Below the pieces are notes generated by a model that was given only the letters and a program-made list of their open reading frames with translations, was not told where the DNA came from and ran no database searches. Position numbers and translations under genes: made by a program. From Polyangiaceae bacterium (GTDB lineage: Bacteria; Myxococcota_A; Polyangia; Polyangiales; Polyangiaceae), in NCBI GenBank assembly GCA_035063585.1, contig JAPSGB010000006.1, positions 78,388-142,387 of the forward strand: DNA of 64,000 nucleotides, in the 5' to 3' direction. This document shows, piece by piece, positions 1-11,345 of the stretch (its first letter is position 1; every line of letters begins with the position of its first letter).

Positions 1-784
1 TCTCCTCGACCGCGAGCCGCGCCGACTTCTGCTCGAGCCAACCCGAGTAGTTGCCCTTGAACGGGTACCCGTGGCCGCGATCGAGCTCGAGGATCCACTC
101 GGCCACGTCGTCGAGGAAATAGCGATCGTGGGTCACCGCCACGACGGTACCCGGGTAGTCATGCAGGAAGCGCTCGAGCCAAGCGACGCTCTCGGCGTCG
201 AGGTGGTTGGTCGGCTCGTCGAGCAGGAGCATGTCGGGCCGCTCGAGCAACACGCGGCAGAGCGCGACGCGCCGCTTCTCACCTCCGGAGAGCGTGGCGA
301 TCGCTGCGTCACCCGGCGGCAGACGGAGCGCGTCCATCGCCTGCTCGAGGTGTGAGTCGAGGCTCCAGAGATCGGCCGCGTCGATGGCGTCCTGGAGCGC
401 GCCCTGCTTCTCGAGCAACGCGCTCATCTCGTCGTCGCTCATCGGCTCGCCGAGCTTCATGCTGAGCGCCTCGAACTCGGTGAGCAGCGCACGCTTCTCG
501 CGCACGGCCTGCTCGACCGCGTCCTTCACCGTGACCGCGTCGCCCAGCTCTGGTTCCTGAGCGAAATATCCTATCTTGGTCCCAGGGTGCGGCGCCGCCT
601 CGCCGAGGAACTCGTGATCGACCCCGGCCATGATCCGGAGCAGCGAGCTCTTTCCCGAGCCGTTCGAGCCGATGACGCCGATCTTGGCGCCCGGGAAGAA
701 CGCCAGCGTGATATCGGAGAGGACCTTCTTGTCCGGCGGGTGGACTTTGGTCACCTCCCGCATCGTGAAAATGAACTCGGGCAT
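1..784 (-). CDS. ettA: Energy-dependent translational throttle ABC-F ATPase EttA (3' end runs off the window)
   Basis: Manual translation from ATG at 784: [54 protein letters not shown], then [27 protein letters not shown] and VTHDRYFLD. The [10 protein letters not shown]-terminus is characteristic of EttA. Absent from the ORF track because it has no stop in the window. Confidence 0.93.
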   Translation of the reverse strand, partial: MPEFIFTMREVTKVHPPDKKVLSDITLAFFPGAKIGVIGSNGSGKSSLLRIMAGVDHEFLGEAAPHPGTKIGYFAQEPELGDAVTVKDAVEQAVREKRALLTEFEALSMKLGEPMSDDEMSALLEKQGALQDAIDAADLWSLDSHLEQAMDALRLPPGDAAIATLSGGEKRRVALCRVLLERPDMLLLDEPTNHLDAESVAWLERFLHDYPGTVVAVTHDRYFLDDVAEWILELDRGHGYPFKGNYSGWLEQKSARLAVEE

Positions 785-880
785 GGCCGGGCGGAGCATA
801 TCCGGTTCCCTTCCCGGCGCCAGCCGCCGGCGGCGAGCCGGTGCGCCCGCCGCGCGGCCGCGACGAGGCGCGCGTGGTCA

Positions 881-1630
881 CTACGCGCAGTCGGGGAAGA
901 CCTCGCGAAAGAGCGCCGCGCCGACGAGCGCGTGTCCCCGCTGTCCCCAGTGCACGGAGTCGTCCGCGAAGCGGCGGTATGCCGGGCAGAGCTCGTCCGG
1001 ATCCCCGCAGGAGAGGAGCGGATACGTATCGAGCGCGTGGTCGACCGCGCCGATCGCGGCCTGCGCGCGGATCCAGACGTCGAGCGAGCGCGTCGCGGCG
1101 AGGCGACGATCGTCGACGCCGCGGAGCTTGCCCCAGGGCGCAATCGTCAGCGCCACCACCGCGACGCCGCGCTCGCGTGCGGTGCGATACATGGCCCGCA
1201 AGTTCTCCTCGATCGCCTTCACCCGCGCGTCGCGGATGCTCCCGGCGAGCAGGTCATTGACCCCGCCGAGGATGAGCACGTGCGTGTACGCCGGCTTCGG
1301 CGCCACGCCGCCGGCCGAGCCGTCACCGAACACGTCCCGCGCGAAGCGGGCGCGCATGTGGCGAGTCTGCTGCCCGCCGATCCCGTAAGCGTCGAAGCGA
1401 CTCTCGGGGCAGCGCAGCGCGAGCTCCTTCAAGTAGAGCCCGCCGCCGGCGCGGGGATCGGTGAGGGAGTCTCCGATGGCCGCGACGACGTAGCGCTTCT
1501 TGGGGGTTGGTCGGTCCGGCGCGGAACCGCGGGGCTCGCCCGCGCCCTCGGCGTTCGCGCGCCCCGCGAGGAGGCCGGTCGCGAGCGCGAGGAGCGCTGC
1601 CGACCGGAGCACGGGCCCGCCACGCAACAT
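881..1630 (-). CDS. Secreted SGNH/GDSL hydrolase
   Basis: AIGDSLT (block I), GIGG, LGGVND (block III), DSVHW (block V); signal-peptide-like N-terminus from ATG 1630. Confidence 0.88.
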   Translation of the reverse strand: MLRGGPVLRSAALLALATGLLAGRANAEGAGEPRGSAPDRPTPKKRYVVAAIGDSLTDPRAGGGLYLKELALRCPESRFDAYGIGGQQTRHMRARFARDVFGDGSAGGVAPKPAYTHVLILGGVNDLLAGSIRDARVKAIEENLRAMYRTARERGVAVVALTIAPWGKLRGVDDRRLAATRSLDVWIRAQAAIGAVDHALDTYPLLSCGDPDELCPAYRRFADDSVHWGQRGHALVGAALFREVFPDCA

Positions 1631-1681
1631 GACCTGATGAGGATAGCGTTCGGCGGCGCGCCCGACCAACTTCGAGGCTCC

Positions 1682-1746
1682 GCGCGAACGGCCGCGAACG
1701 GCCACGCGCGAGCGGCCACGCGCGAGCGGCCGCGCCCGAGCGGCCG
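1682..1746. repeat. Short degenerate tandem repeat, about 5 copies of a 10-14 bp unit (gcgcgagcggcc-like)
   Basis: gcgcgaacggcc gcgaacggcc acgcgcgagcggcc acgcgcgagcggcc gcgcccgagcggcc read directly in the intergenic region. Confidence 0.7.
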
Positions 1747-1926
1747 CTCCCGCGTCGACGTGCCGACCGCGGAGGTCACCATCTGGTCGGTGAAACGCCG
1801 GTAGGCGCGCGTCGAACCGCGGTTCCGCGGCGGACCGACCAGAAGACCCCGAGAGACCTGCAGCGGAGTCTCGCAGGGAGAGGCGCGATTGCGGAGCCGC
1901 GAGCGCGGGGCGTGTCGAGACGCGCC

Positions 1927-3348
1927 TCAGGCCGCGCTGGCGCTCGCGCCGCTCCGGAGATCGCCGAGGATGGCGTCCACGTTCTTCTTCGCGTCGCCGA
2001 AGAGCATGCGAGTGTTGTCTTTGTAGAAGAGCGCGTTGTCGACGCCGGCGTAGCCGGCGGCCATGCTGCGCTTCATCACGACACTCGTCTTCGCCTTCCA
2101 GACCTCGAGCACGGGCATGCCGTAGATCGGACTCGACGGATCCTCGAGAGCGCCGGGATTCACGATGTCGTTGGCGCCGATCACGAGCACCACGTCCGTC
2201 TCGGGGAAATCCGCGTTGATCTCCTCCATCTCGAGCACGATGTCGTAAGGGACCTTCGCCTCGGCGAGCAGCACGTTCATGTGGCCCGGCAAGCGACCCG
2301 CGACCGGGTGGATCGCAAAGCGCACGTTCGCTCCGCGCTCGCGCAGGAGCTCAGCGACCTCGTAGATCGGGTACTGCGCGTGTGCGACCGCCATGCCGTA
2401 GCCAGGCACGATGACCACGCTCTTGGCCGCCAGCAGCAACTCCGCCGTCTCACTCGCGGTGATCGGCACCACGCTGCCCTGGGGCGCGCCCGCGGACGCC
2501 GCCGGCGCAGCGCCCTCGTCGGCTCCAAACCCGCCGAAGATCACGTTGACGATGGAGCGGTTCATCGCCTTGCACATGATGGTGCTGAGGATCGCGCCGC
2601 TCGAGCCGACCAGCGCGCCGGTGATGATCAAGAGATCGTTGCCGAGCATGAAGCCGGCGGCCGCTGCGGCCCAACCCGAGTAGCTGTTGAGGAGCGAGAC
2701 GACCACCGGCATGTCGGCGCCGCCGATCGCCATCACGAGGTGCGCTCCGAGCACGCAGGCAAGCGCCGTCATCACGCCGAGCGACACGAGCGCGGACTCG
2801 AGCGGCGCGCCGAGGAAGCGCGCGCCCATCCACACGCTCGCGGCGACCATCGCGAGGTTCACCCAGTGGCGCCCGGGGAGAACGAGCGGCTTACTGCGGA
2901 TCTTTCCCTTGAGCTTGCCGAAGGCGATGACGGAGCCAGTGAAGGTGACGGCTCCGATGAACACCCCGACGAAGATCTCGAGCTCGTGAATGGTGCGTTC
3001 GACGCCGGTGAGCTGGTGCGACTCGTCGAGGAAGCTCGCGAAGCCGACCAGCACGGCGGCCGCGCCGACGAAGCTGTGCAGGATCGCGACCAGCTCGGGC
3101 ATGCTCGTCATCTCGACCCGAGCCGCGAGCACCGCGCCGATGAGAGCCCCGAGCCCGAGCGCGACCGCGAGGATCCCGTAGCCGTGGACGCGCTCGGCGC
3201 CCGCCGTCACGACCAGCGCGATGATCATGCCGATCATCCCGAACGCGTTGCCCCGCCGCGCGGTCGTCTGTCGCGAGAGCCCGCCCAGGCTCGAGATGAA
3301 GAGCACGCCGGCGGCGATATAGGCGACGGTGATGAGACCCTGGGGCAT
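1927..3348 (-). CDS. pntB: NAD(P) transhydrogenase subunit beta
   Basis: [78 protein letters not shown]. Confidence 0.97.
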   Translation of the reverse strand: MPQGLITVAYIAAGVLFISSLGGLSRQTTARRGNAFGMIGMIIALVVTAGAERVHGYGILAVALGLGALIGAVLAARVEMTSMPELVAILHSFVGAAAVLVGFASFLDESHQLTGVERTIHELEIFVGVFIGAVTFTGSVIAFGKLKGKIRSKPLVLPGRHWVNLAMVAASVWMGARFLGAPLESALVSLGVMTALACVLGAHLVMAIGGADMPVVVSLLNSYSGWAAAAAGFMLGNDLLIITGALVGSSGAILSTIMCKAMNRSIVNVIFGGFGADEGAAPAASAGAPQGSVVPITASETAELLLAAKSVVIVPGYGMAVAHAQYPIYEVAELLRERGANVRFAIHPVAGRLPGHMNVLLAEAKVPYDIVLEMEEINADFPETDVVLVIGANDIVNPGALEDPSSPIYGMPVLEVWKAKTSVVMKRSMAAGYAGVDNALFYKDNTRMLFGDAKKNVDAILGDLRSGASASAA

Positions 3349-3352
3349 CAGG

Positions 3353-4927
3353 TCACCTCCGGAACATCCGTAGCATTCGGTGGGTCACGAGGAACCCGCC
3401 GGCGATGTTGATGGTCGCGAGGAGCACTGCCGCGGCGCCGAGCACAGTCACGGCGGTGAGCGAGTTCGAGCCGAGCTCGAGCATGCCACCGACCAGGATG
3501 ATGCCGCTGATGGCGTTGGTGACGCTCATCAGCGGCGTGTGGAGCGCCGGGGTCACGTTCCAGATCACCTGCCAGCCGATGAAGCAGGCGAGCACGAACA
3601 CGGTGAAATGAGCCAGAAACTCGGGGGGCGCGGAGAGCCCGAGCCCGATGAGCCCGAGCCCGAGCGCGCCGAGCGCGAGGACGCTCGCGAACCCGGAGGA
3701 TTTCGCCGCCTGCTCTGTTGCCCCTTCCTTGGGGTGGTGCGCGACCGGCGGAGGCGGCAGGCTGCGCTGAGGGAGCGGCTGCTCCGGGGCCGCCTTGGGC
3801 GGCGGCGGCCACATGAGCTCACCCTTCAGGAGCACGAGCGCGTCGCGGACCACGTCGTCGTCGAGGTCGACGTGCCAGTTCGCAGAGCCGCCCATGTCGG
3901 TGAGCAGGTGATAGAGGTTGTTGCCGTAGAGCTGACTCGCCGTCGGCGCGAGCCGGCTCGGCAGATCGACGTAGCCGATGATGGTGACATCGTGCGCGCG
4001 CGTCACCTCCTGGGGCTTGGTGAGCGCGCAGTTGCCGCCATTTTCGGCGGCCAGATCCACGATCACCGACCCCGGCTTCATGCTCGCGACCATCTCCTTG
4101 GTGATGAGCACGGGCGCCGCCTTGCCGGGGATGAGCGCCGTCGTGATGATGATGTCGACGTCCTTGGCCTGCGCGGCAAAGAGCTTCATCTCGGCTTCGA
4201 TGAACTCCGCGCTCATGGTCTTCGCGTAGCCACCCTCCCCCGTGCCGTCCTCGCGGAAGGAGAGCTCGAGGAACTCCGCGCCCATGCTGATGACCTGCTC
4301 CTTCACCGCCGGACGGGTGTCGAAGGCGCGCACGATGGCGCCGAGGCCGCGCGCCGCGCCGATGGCGGCGAGGCCGGCGACCCCCGCGCCGATCACCAGC
4401 ACCTTGGCGGGCGGGACCTTGCCGGCGGCGGTCATCTGACCGGTGAAGAATCGTCCGAAGAAGCTCGCCGCCTCGATCACCGCGCGGTAGCCGGCGATGT
4501 TCGCCATGCTGCTGAGCGCGTCCATCTTCTGCGCGCGGGTGATGCGGGGCACCTGGTCGATGGCGATGACGGTCGCCTTGCGCCGGGCCAGGCGCTCGAC
4601 GAGCTCCTGGTTCTTCGCGGGCCACAGAAAGCTGATGAGGGTCGTGCCCTCATGCATGAGGTCGGCCTCGTGACGGCTGCGGTTCACGTCGAGCTCGGGC
4701 GGCTGGACCTTCAAGAGGATGTCGGCCGCGGCCCACACCTCCTCGGCGCCCGGCAAGATGGTCGCGCCGACCTCTTGATAGGCCGAGTCGGGAAACGACG
4801 CCCGATCACCCGCGCCCGCCTCGATGAGGACGTCGAAGCCGAGCTTGATGAGGCGCTTCGCGGTGTCCGGCGTGGTCGCAACGCGACGCTCGCCAGGGTG
4901 GATCTCGCGGACGATGCCGACTTTCAT
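3353..4927 (-). CDS. pntA: NAD(P) transhydrogenase subunit alpha (single-chain, domains I+IIa)
   Basis: [72 protein letters not shown] at 4927. Confidence 0.97.
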   Translation of the reverse strand: MKVGIVREIHPGERRVATTPDTAKRLIKLGFDVLIEAGAGDRASFPDSAYQEVGATILPGAEEVWAAADILLKVQPPELDVNRSRHEADLMHEGTTLISFLWPAKNQELVERLARRKATVIAIDQVPRITRAQKMDALSSMANIAGYRAVIEAASFFGRFFTGQMTAAGKVPPAKVLVIGAGVAGLAAIGAARGLGAIVRAFDTRPAVKEQVISMGAEFLELSFREDGTGEGGYAKTMSAEFIEAEMKLFAAQAKDVDIIITTALIPGKAAPVLITKEMVASMKPGSVIVDLAAENGGNCALTKPQEVTRAHDVTIIGYVDLPSRLAPTASQLYGNNLYHLLTDMGGSANWHVDLDDDVVRDALVLLKGELMWPPPPKAAPEQPLPQRSLPPPPVAHHPKEGATEQAAKSSGFASVLALGALGLGLIGLGLSAPPEFLAHFTVFVLACFIGWQVIWNVTPALHTPLMSVTNAISGIILVGGMLELGSNSLTAVTVLGAAAVLLATINIAGGFLVTHRMLRMFRR

Positions 4928-5144
4928 GATCGAGTGAGGGACGAAGCGAGGCGCGTCGCGTGCGCGACGGTCGCGGAGCGGTCGGAAGCGGACTCTCCGA
5001 CCGGCCCCTCCATAGCGCACTTCGAGCAGCCGTGGGGACGCTCCGTACCTCAGGCCCGACCCAGCGGGGCGAACGAGGCCTGGTTTCGGCTGGAATGTCG
5101 GTCCGGCGCGAAGCCGACCCGGGTCGGCCGCGCGGTGAGCCGCG

Positions 5145-6086
5145 TCAGTAGGTCAGCAGCTTCTCGAACGTGGTCGGGTCTGGAGGAGGGCCCATCGCGA
5201 CGCAGAGGACCTTGTTGTTGGTCCAGTACACCTCTTCGTCGTAGCCGCCGCCCGTGACCGAGACCCGCACGCCGATCACGGCCTGCTGCTTGTCGTAGAC
5301 CGTCTTGCGCTCGATCTTCTGGCCTGATTTTCGTTTCGCCAGGGAGCTCGTCCAGAGGTTCTGGATCGCGTTACTAGCGCCGGACTTGGTCGAGAATGCG
5401 TAGAGGAGGTGGACTACCTTCGTGCCGCCGGAGGAAACGTAGACCGCACCGATGTTGTCGACCACCCCCGCGGGGACCTCCTTGATCGGAGAGGTCCCGG
5501 CGAGCGAGTAGCCGCCGACGTCCTGCTTCAGGAGGCTGCGGAGCGAGCCGCTCTCAGGGACGCTGCTGGTGCCGTCGTCGGTGCCCGTCGTGCCGGAACT
5601 CGGGGCCCCGGAGCTGCTCGGTTCACCGAAGAGCCCGAAGAAGACGATGAGAACGACCACCAAGCCGACGGCGACCATGACGCCGAGGCAGCCCGCGATC
5701 CCGCATCCCCCGAGGAGCTTCATGCCGCCGGAGTCCTTCGCGGGCGGCGGAGGAGCGAGCGGAGCCGCGCCGGGCGGCATCGGGATCCCTCCCGCAGGCC
5801 CCGGATACCCTCCGCCCCCGGGCGGACCATACCCGGGCGGGGGCCCGCCGACGGGCGGCCCATAGCCGCCCCCGACCGGAGGCGCGTAGCCGGGCGGCGC
5901 GCCTGCGGGCTGCTGAAAGCCTCCGCCAGCCGGCGGCCCGTAACCTCCGCCCGCCGGCGGCCCGTAGCCTCCGCCAGCCGGCGCAGGGGCGGCGCCGGGC
6001 GGCTGCCCCAGCGTGGTGCCGCAGTTCGCGCAGAAGCGCGCTCCCGGCTCGAGCGCGCTGTGACATCGAGGACAGTGGCTCATCAC
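5145..6086 (-). CDS. Zinc-ribbon, Pro/Gly-rich single-pass membrane protein
   Basis: N-terminal CPRC..FCANCG, GGGYGPP repeats, hydrophobic helix, C-terminal globular domain; start overlaps the upstream stop (GTGA). Confidence 0.8.
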   Translation of the reverse strand: MMSHCPRCHSALEPGARFCANCGTTLGQPPGAAPAPAGGGYGPPAGGGYGPPAGGGFQQPAGAPPGYAPPVGGGYGPPVGGPPPGYGPPGGGGYPGPAGGIPMPPGAAPLAPPPPAKDSGGMKLLGGCGIAGCLGVMVAVGLVVVLIVFFGLFGEPSSSGAPSSGTTGTDDGTSSVPESGSLRSLLKQDVGGYSLAGTSPIKEVPAGVVDNIGAVYVSSGGTKVVHLLYAFSTKSGASNAIQNLWTSSLAKRKSGQKIERKTVYDKQQAVIGVRVSVTGGGYDEEVYWTNNKVLCVAMGPPPDPTTFEKLLTY

Positions 6087-7081
6087 GACTTCCCTCCCGG
6101 CCCGAGCGCGCTCCGACGTTCGACGAGCGCGGCGCGGATCTTCGCCACCTCGGTCTCGGTTCGAGCTCTCCTCGACGGTTCCGCTTCATCCGCGAGGCGC
6201 GACTTGGCGAAGGCGAGCTGGACCTGCGTGTTGTGCAGGGCCCTCGAGCTCAGGAGGCGCCCGAGTTGGAAGCCGAAGAACAGCTTCGCGTATGCCGCTT
6301 GACGCGCGAAGACGCTCTTCAGGAGCAGCAGATCCTCGGCACTTACCGACCCCGTCTGGACTTCGTCGTCCAAGAACGTGCGAATCGCGCGGCGCTCGCT
6401 CGCCAAGGCATAAGCCGCGATGACGGCGAGCCCGAGGAGCGGCAAGAACAACGCGACATTCGCGCGGAGCGCCCCGAGATCGCCGAGCGAGTCGCCGCTT
6501 CGAAGCACGACGTAGGAACCCTCCGCCACGATCGCACCGAGCATCGCCAAGACGGGAAGAGCTCCTCGCGAGATCGGCGCCTTGGCCTCACTCGCTGCGC
6601 CGAAGCCCGCGCCGATGATGGCGCCGATGACGCCGTCGGAGAGCTTGGAGAGCGCGAGCTTCCCGAAGCCCGCGGCCACCGGCGCGGCGATCCCCGGGAG
6701 GCTCACGTTGGCAAAACTCAGCTCGCTCACCAACTGCTCACCCACACCGAAGCCGAGGCCGGCGCAGGTCCCGTACACGATGCCGTCCATCGTGCCGTTG
6801 AATTCCTCCCAACCGCGCCGCTGACCGTAGAGCACCAGCACGCCCACGCCGGCTCCGATGGCGAGGAATTTTACCAGCTCCTTGCTGGCGGCGCCGAGCC
6901 ATACATGAAGACCGAGGGTCGTCTGACCTACGGCCGTCGCGACCAGCGCGCCCCCCACCGCACCGAGAGCGAATTGCATCAGCATCGCCCACAGCGGCTC
7001 CTTCTCGTTCATGTCTACGAAGCGCACGACCAAAAAATAGAGGATCGTGAGCAGCAGCGTAGAGGTCAGCGTGGACGTCAT
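6083..7081 (-). CDS. PrsW-family intramembrane protease homologue with degenerate catalytic motifs
   Basis: D-x-x-EKEP N-terminal motif, MDGIVYG..GLGF and several TM helices; the EExxK motif and both His motifs are altered. Confidence 0.8.
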   Translation of the reverse strand: MTSTLTSTLLLTILYFLVVRFVDMNEKEPLWAMLMQFALGAVGGALVATAVGQTTLGLHVWLGAASKELVKFLAIGAGVGVLVLYGQRRGWEEFNGTMDGIVYGTCAGLGFGVGEQLVSELSFANVSLPGIAAPVAAGFGKLALSKLSDGVIGAIIGAGFGAASEAKAPISRGALPVLAMLGAIVAEGSYVVLRSGDSLGDLGALRANVALFLPLLGLAVIAAYALASERRAIRTFLDDEVQTGSVSAEDLLLLKSVFARQAAYAKLFFGFQLGRLLSSRALHNTQVQLAFAKSRLADEAEPSRRARTETEVAKIRAALVERRSALGPGGKS

Positions 7082-7237
7082 CGGCGATACCCCATTCCCT
7101 TCACCGTCGGACCGACTCGAGACGCGAACGGCGCGATTACACTCCACCCCGTTCAGGTTTGACCAGCACATTCGGAGGGCGGCACACCGAATTCGCGGCG
7201 CCCTCCGCTTTCGATCCGAAATCGGGCGGCGCGCCGC

Positions 7238-9145
7238 TCAGCCGCTCCCTCTCGCCGAGCGGGCGAGCGCGCCGACCAAGCGCCGCACCGCCGTCAAGTC
7301 GAATGGCTTCTCGAGGCGCGGGTTGGGAGAGCTGGCGAGAAACTCGGCCGCGCGCGGAGTGAACGCCCCGCCCGTCATGAAGACGACCCGTTTCTCGATG
7401 CCAGTGCCTCGTGCGGCGAGCTGCTGATGGAGCTCCATACCGCTCATGCCGGGCATCAGGAGATCGCAGAGCACCACATCGAAGGTCTCCCCGGAAGTCA
7501 GCAGCTCGAGGGCCTCGCGCGCGGAGGTCGAGACGCAGACCTCGTGCTCGTCGCTGAGCACCAGGCGGAGCATGGACGCGACCGGGAGCTCATCGTCGAC
7601 GATGAGCACTCGCGCACGACCGGCCAGGCTCGGCGCGGGGGTGGTTCGGCGGCGCTCCGGCGCCACCGACGCGGAAGTGTCGACGGGCAGCGTGACTCGA
7701 AAGGTGGTCCCTCGCCCAAGCTCGCTACTTGCCGTGATCTCTCCGCCGAAACCCGCCACGATTCTCTGACAGATCGACAGGCCCAAACCGGTGCCGATCC
7801 CGGCGGGCTTGGTGGTGAAGAACGGCTCGAAGACGCGTGCGAGCGCCTCTGGCGCGATCCCCTCGCCATCGTCGGTGACCTCCACCGCGACGTGCTCGAC
7901 TCCGGCCGAACGAATCGCCACCCGCACCTCATGATGCTCCGCGCCGCCTTCGGGCAGGGCCTGCGCCGCGTTGATGAGCAGGTTCAAGAAGACCTGCTCG
8001 AGACGGGTCGCCTCGGCATGAACCGGGCGCACGGGGTCGAAGTCGCGTGTCAGCCGCGCGCGGCCGGAGAGCTGCGGACCCGCGACGCGGAGCGCAGAGG
8101 AGACCACCCGCTCGAGGTCCACCGGCCCGGTCTTCTCGGCGTCGGTTCGCGAGAACGCGCGCAAATCGCGCACGATCGTGCCGACCCGCTCGGCGCCGTG
8201 GCGCGCCTCTGCGAGCCGCTGGGCGAGATCCCGAAGTCGCTCCGGATCCTGCACGGCGCGTGGTACCTCGCGCATGACGTACTCGAGATTCAAGAGGACG
8301 TAGGCGAGCGGGTTATTGATCTCGTGCGCGACGCCCGCCGCCAGGGTGCCTACCGCGGTCAAGCGGGCAGCTTGGACGAGCTCAGCCTGGAGCGCCTGTC
8401 GCTCGCTCAAGTCGCGGCCGATGAAGAGCACGGCGTCCTCGCCACCCCACTCGATCTTCATGGTGATGACTTCCGCCGAGAATTGCCGGCCATCCCCGCG
8501 CGTCACCCGGACCTCGAACGGCGGTAGGCGCGCGCCTCCCTCGCGCACTTCCGCGGCATACTTGCGAACCCGCGCGAGGTCATCCGGGTGCAGGTGCTGC
8601 TCCGGTGAGACTCGCTCGGCGTCCCCACGCTCGTCGAGCATGCGCCGGAGCGCGTCGTTCACGTAGCTGAGGCCGCTGGCCGTGGAGACCGCGATGGCAT
8701 CGGGAGCGGCGTCGATGAGCGCGCGGAATCGCGACTCGGAGTGCCGGAGCTTCTCCTCGACGACGCGCCGCTCGAGAGCGTCGTAGAAGAAGTCGACGCG
8801 GGCCGGGGCCCCGTCGATGAGCACGCTGCTCGAGGCGGCGGAGACCGGCCAGAGCGAGCCGTCCTTGCGCGGAAGCTCGACCTCTCGCGCGCCCGCTCGT
8901 CCTTCGGCGCTCACTTGACCGATCAGCGCGGCGGCGGCGCGCTCCACGCCCTCGTCCGGCACCGTCTCTCCCGACTCGTAGCCGAGCAGCGCCCCCGCGG
9001 CGTGGTTGAGAAATCGCGCGCGACGCTCGCGCCCGTCTCCGCTGGTGACCACGATCCCGATACCCGCGTACTCCGCGGCTCCGATGATCGCCCGCGCCAT
9101 GTTGCTGAGCAGAGCCGGCGACGATGACTGACGGAGACTCCCCAC
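7238..9145 (-). CDS. PAS-domain hybrid sensor histidine kinase with C-terminal receiver domain
   Basis: AHEINNPL H-box, QVFLNLLINAAQA, DDGEGI, FEPFFTTK, GTGLGL, receiver VLIVDDE..CDLLMPG..KPF. Start uncertain (GTG 9145 or ATG 9100). Confidence 0.93.
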   Translation of the reverse strand: MGSLRQSSSPALLSNMARAIIGAAEYAGIGIVVTSGDGRERRARFLNHAAGALLGYESGETVPDEGVERAAAALIGQVSAEGRAGAREVELPRKDGSLWPVSAASSSVLIDGAPARVDFFYDALERRVVEEKLRHSESRFRALIDAAPDAIAVSTASGLSYVNDALRRMLDERGDAERVSPEQHLHPDDLARVRKYAAEVREGGARLPPFEVRVTRGDGRQFSAEVITMKIEWGGEDAVLFIGRDLSERQALQAELVQAARLTAVGTLAAGVAHEINNPLAYVLLNLEYVMREVPRAVQDPERLRDLAQRLAEARHGAERVGTIVRDLRAFSRTDAEKTGPVDLERVVSSALRVAGPQLSGRARLTRDFDPVRPVHAEATRLEQVFLNLLINAAQALPEGGAEHHEVRVAIRSAGVEHVAVEVTDDGEGIAPEALARVFEPFFTTKPAGIGTGLGLSICQRIVAGFGGEITASSELGRGTTFRVTLPVDTSASVAPERRRTTPAPSLAGRARVLIVDDELPVASMLRLVLSDEHEVCVSTSAREALELLTSGETFDVVLCDLLMPGMSGMELHQQLAARGTGIEKRVVFMTGGAFTPRAAEFLASSPNPRLEKPFDLTAVRRLVGALARSARGSG

Positions 9146-9344
9146 GCGAGCGACTCTACCAGAACTTCGCCGCCTTCGGCGCGCGGCGCCGTAGAGCGGC
9201 TCCGGGGCCGCGCCGGAGGGCGTCCGAAGAGCGACGAACGCCCTCCTGCCGCGCCCTCCTCTCACCAGCACGCCGGCTGCGGTGCTCCGTCGTCTGCTTC
9301 GACGATCGGTCGAGCCCGTCGGTGGATGCGGATCGCGCCGGCTG

Positions 9345-10634
9345 CTACCGATCCGGGACGACGAACTCGGCGAGCTTCTTTCCGTCGGGAGTAAAGAACG
9401 CGATGAAGTGCGGAGCCACCTGGACGAGACGATCGGGTGTGACCCACAGGAGGCCGCCTCGGTTTACTGGCTGCGGAACCGACGGATACCCCCGGTAGTA
9501 GTCGGGGAGCCCCGCCGGGATCCCGGGCGTCGAGGCGGCGAACGCGGCGCGCAGGGCTCCCGATTTCGCGTCATGCACGCGAACCTCGCCGTCCTCCAGC
9601 AAGATCGCGACCGCATCGCCCGCGGGCGTGGGGGCGAGGGCGGACGTCTCGGGGATACTATGCGAGCGCCCGGGCAAGCGCGACGCGAGGTCGAGCGTTC
9701 TCACGAGCCGCCCGCCGCGCACGAGATCGACATGGCTCTCCGAGCGCTTGCCCGGACGCGGCTCACGTCCACCCTCGGTGTGCATCACGAAGAGCGAGCC
9801 GTCCGGGGCCCAGACACCCGTCCGGGTGCGGGGTAACGAGGGCGTGACGGAGCCGATACGGCGGCCGTCATCACCATCGAAGAAGACGACCTCGTCGACG
9901 TTTGGAGCGATCGGGTGGCGTCGAGCGCAGGAGCGTCCGTCGCTTGACCAGTCCATCCCGAACGAGGCCGGAAGATCGCCCATGGGGACCTGATAGACGA
10001 GCTTGCCACGAACGGGATCGAACGCCGCGATCCCGTTACCGACACGGCCGACCACTGCGCCGATGGCGGCATTCCACTCGATCTCCTCGAATGCAGGGGC
10101 TCCGATCATCGGGGAGAGATCGAACCGGCGATCACCCGGATGAAGCTCGAAGAGCGCGCCGGTGTCGGCGAAGATGCGATCGCCGACCCAGACGTAGCCG
10201 ACCCCGCTGTCCCGTGTCTCGTCTGGAAAGGCGACCCCGACGAAGCGCGCATTCTCGAAGAGGCCGATCCCGTTCAGGCCCATGTTTGCCGCAAGGCGCC
10301 GGCCGTCCGGATGCCAGCGTAAGAGGTCCTTGTTCTCGCTCCAGCCGGCGCTGTCCCCTTCGCCGATCACCTGCGTCGCCGTGCGTATCGTTCCGAGCTC
10401 CGCATCGAAGACCAAGATGTAGGCTTCCCCGCTCGATGCCGGTCCCTGCTCGCTCTCGTCGCGCGCGTCGAGGGCGTCAGCAGTACATGCGGCAGCGAGC
10501 CAGGGGCGTGACGGGTGGATCGCGACGTTCTCGATCAAGCATCGACGGGGCCAGCGAGCGTTCGGTTGCACCGGCCAGCCTTCGTCTCGCGGGCTACCGT
10601 CGTCCGCGGCGCGCTGGGGCTTCTGCTCGCTCAT
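9345..10634 (-). CDS. Hypothetical beta-propeller (WD40-like) protein
   Basis: Repeated WHPDGRRLA, WSSDGRS and WAPDGSL blade-like motifs. Start uncertain (ORF is open to 10787). Confidence 0.65.
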   Translation of the reverse strand: MSEQKPQRAADDGSPRDEGWPVQPNARWPRRCLIENVAIHPSRPWLAAACTADALDARDESEQGPASSGEAYILVFDAELGTIRTATQVIGEGDSAGWSENKDLLRWHPDGRRLAANMGLNGIGLFENARFVGVAFPDETRDSGVGYVWVGDRIFADTGALFELHPGDRRFDLSPMIGAPAFEEIEWNAAIGAVVGRVGNGIAAFDPVRGKLVYQVPMGDLPASFGMDWSSDGRSCARRHPIAPNVDEVVFFDGDDGRRIGSVTPSLPRTRTGVWAPDGSLFVMHTEGGREPRPGKRSESHVDLVRGGRLVRTLDLASRLPGRSHSIPETSALAPTPAGDAVAILLEDGEVRVHDAKSGALRAAFAASTPGIPAGLPDYYRGYPSVPQPVNRGGLLWVTPDRLVQVAPHFIAFFTPDGKKLAEFVVPDR

Positions 10635-10929
10635 CGAGGGGCCCGTCAGCGGGGTCGCCGGGCGAGGGATTTCTGCGCGGCGGCAGGCGCCGAGCGGCGC
10701 CCCGGCGAGAGCGATGGCGAGCGCGCGAGCGACCCGACACCATATCGAGTCAGGATTTCGGAGGTGTGGTCCGCGGTATCGTCGCAATGGGGCCCCTGAA
10801 GGTTCGCGCCGGCGGCGCTCATCGCAGCATCATGCTCGGCCAGGCCGCCGTCGTCGAGAGCCTCCGCCTCAGGCGTGGCAAGAGGGCTCGCGGCGAGCGC
10901 GTCTCCCCAAGGATCGACGGTGCGGCTCG

Positions 10930-11345
10930 GGCTCGCGACCTCGCTCGACGAGCTGGGCGCGTCGGAGATCGTGAAGATGTACGGCCGTCGCTTCACGGTC
11001 GAGGAGACGTTCCGCGACGCGTACGGCCTGCACTTCCGGATGGGCCTGCGCGCGACGTACATCGGCACGGCCGAGCGCCGCGAGTCGGTTGCCGTTTCTG
11101 GCGGTACTCGGCCACACCTTGCTCACGCTTCTCCGCGCAGCGAGCGAGGCCCCGAGGCCCCGCCGTGATCTCAAGGCGAACACCGCCAAGCGGCGCACCA
11201 TGTCGCGCTATCGGCAGGGGCTCTACTGGTACGAGTGCATCCCCGACGTGCGCGCCGATTGGCTGCGCCGGCTGATGGCGGCTCACGACGAGAGCGTGGG
11301 CAATCATCCGTTCTTCAGCGCGTTCTTCGCGCCGCGGGGCCGATC
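10930..11345 (+). mobile_element. IS4-family transposase remnant (C-terminal part, frameshifted)
   Basis: LATSL..EIVKMYGRRFTVEETFRDAYGLHFRMGLRAT (YREK-type DDE motif with K changed to Y), frameshift near 11085, then FLAVLGHTLLTLL..LKANTAKRRTMSRYRQGLYWY. Boundaries approximate. Confidence 0.8.

Noticed and set aside
1682..1746. Tandem repeats as a CRISPR array
   Set aside because: Units are 10-14 bp with no spacers, and no cas genes are present.
1634..1800. CTGATGA followed later by GAAA, suggesting a hammerhead ribozyme
   Set aside because: GAAA is about 150 nt away and stems I-III cannot be built; the sequence overlaps the -10-like hexamer and spacer of the SGNH gene.
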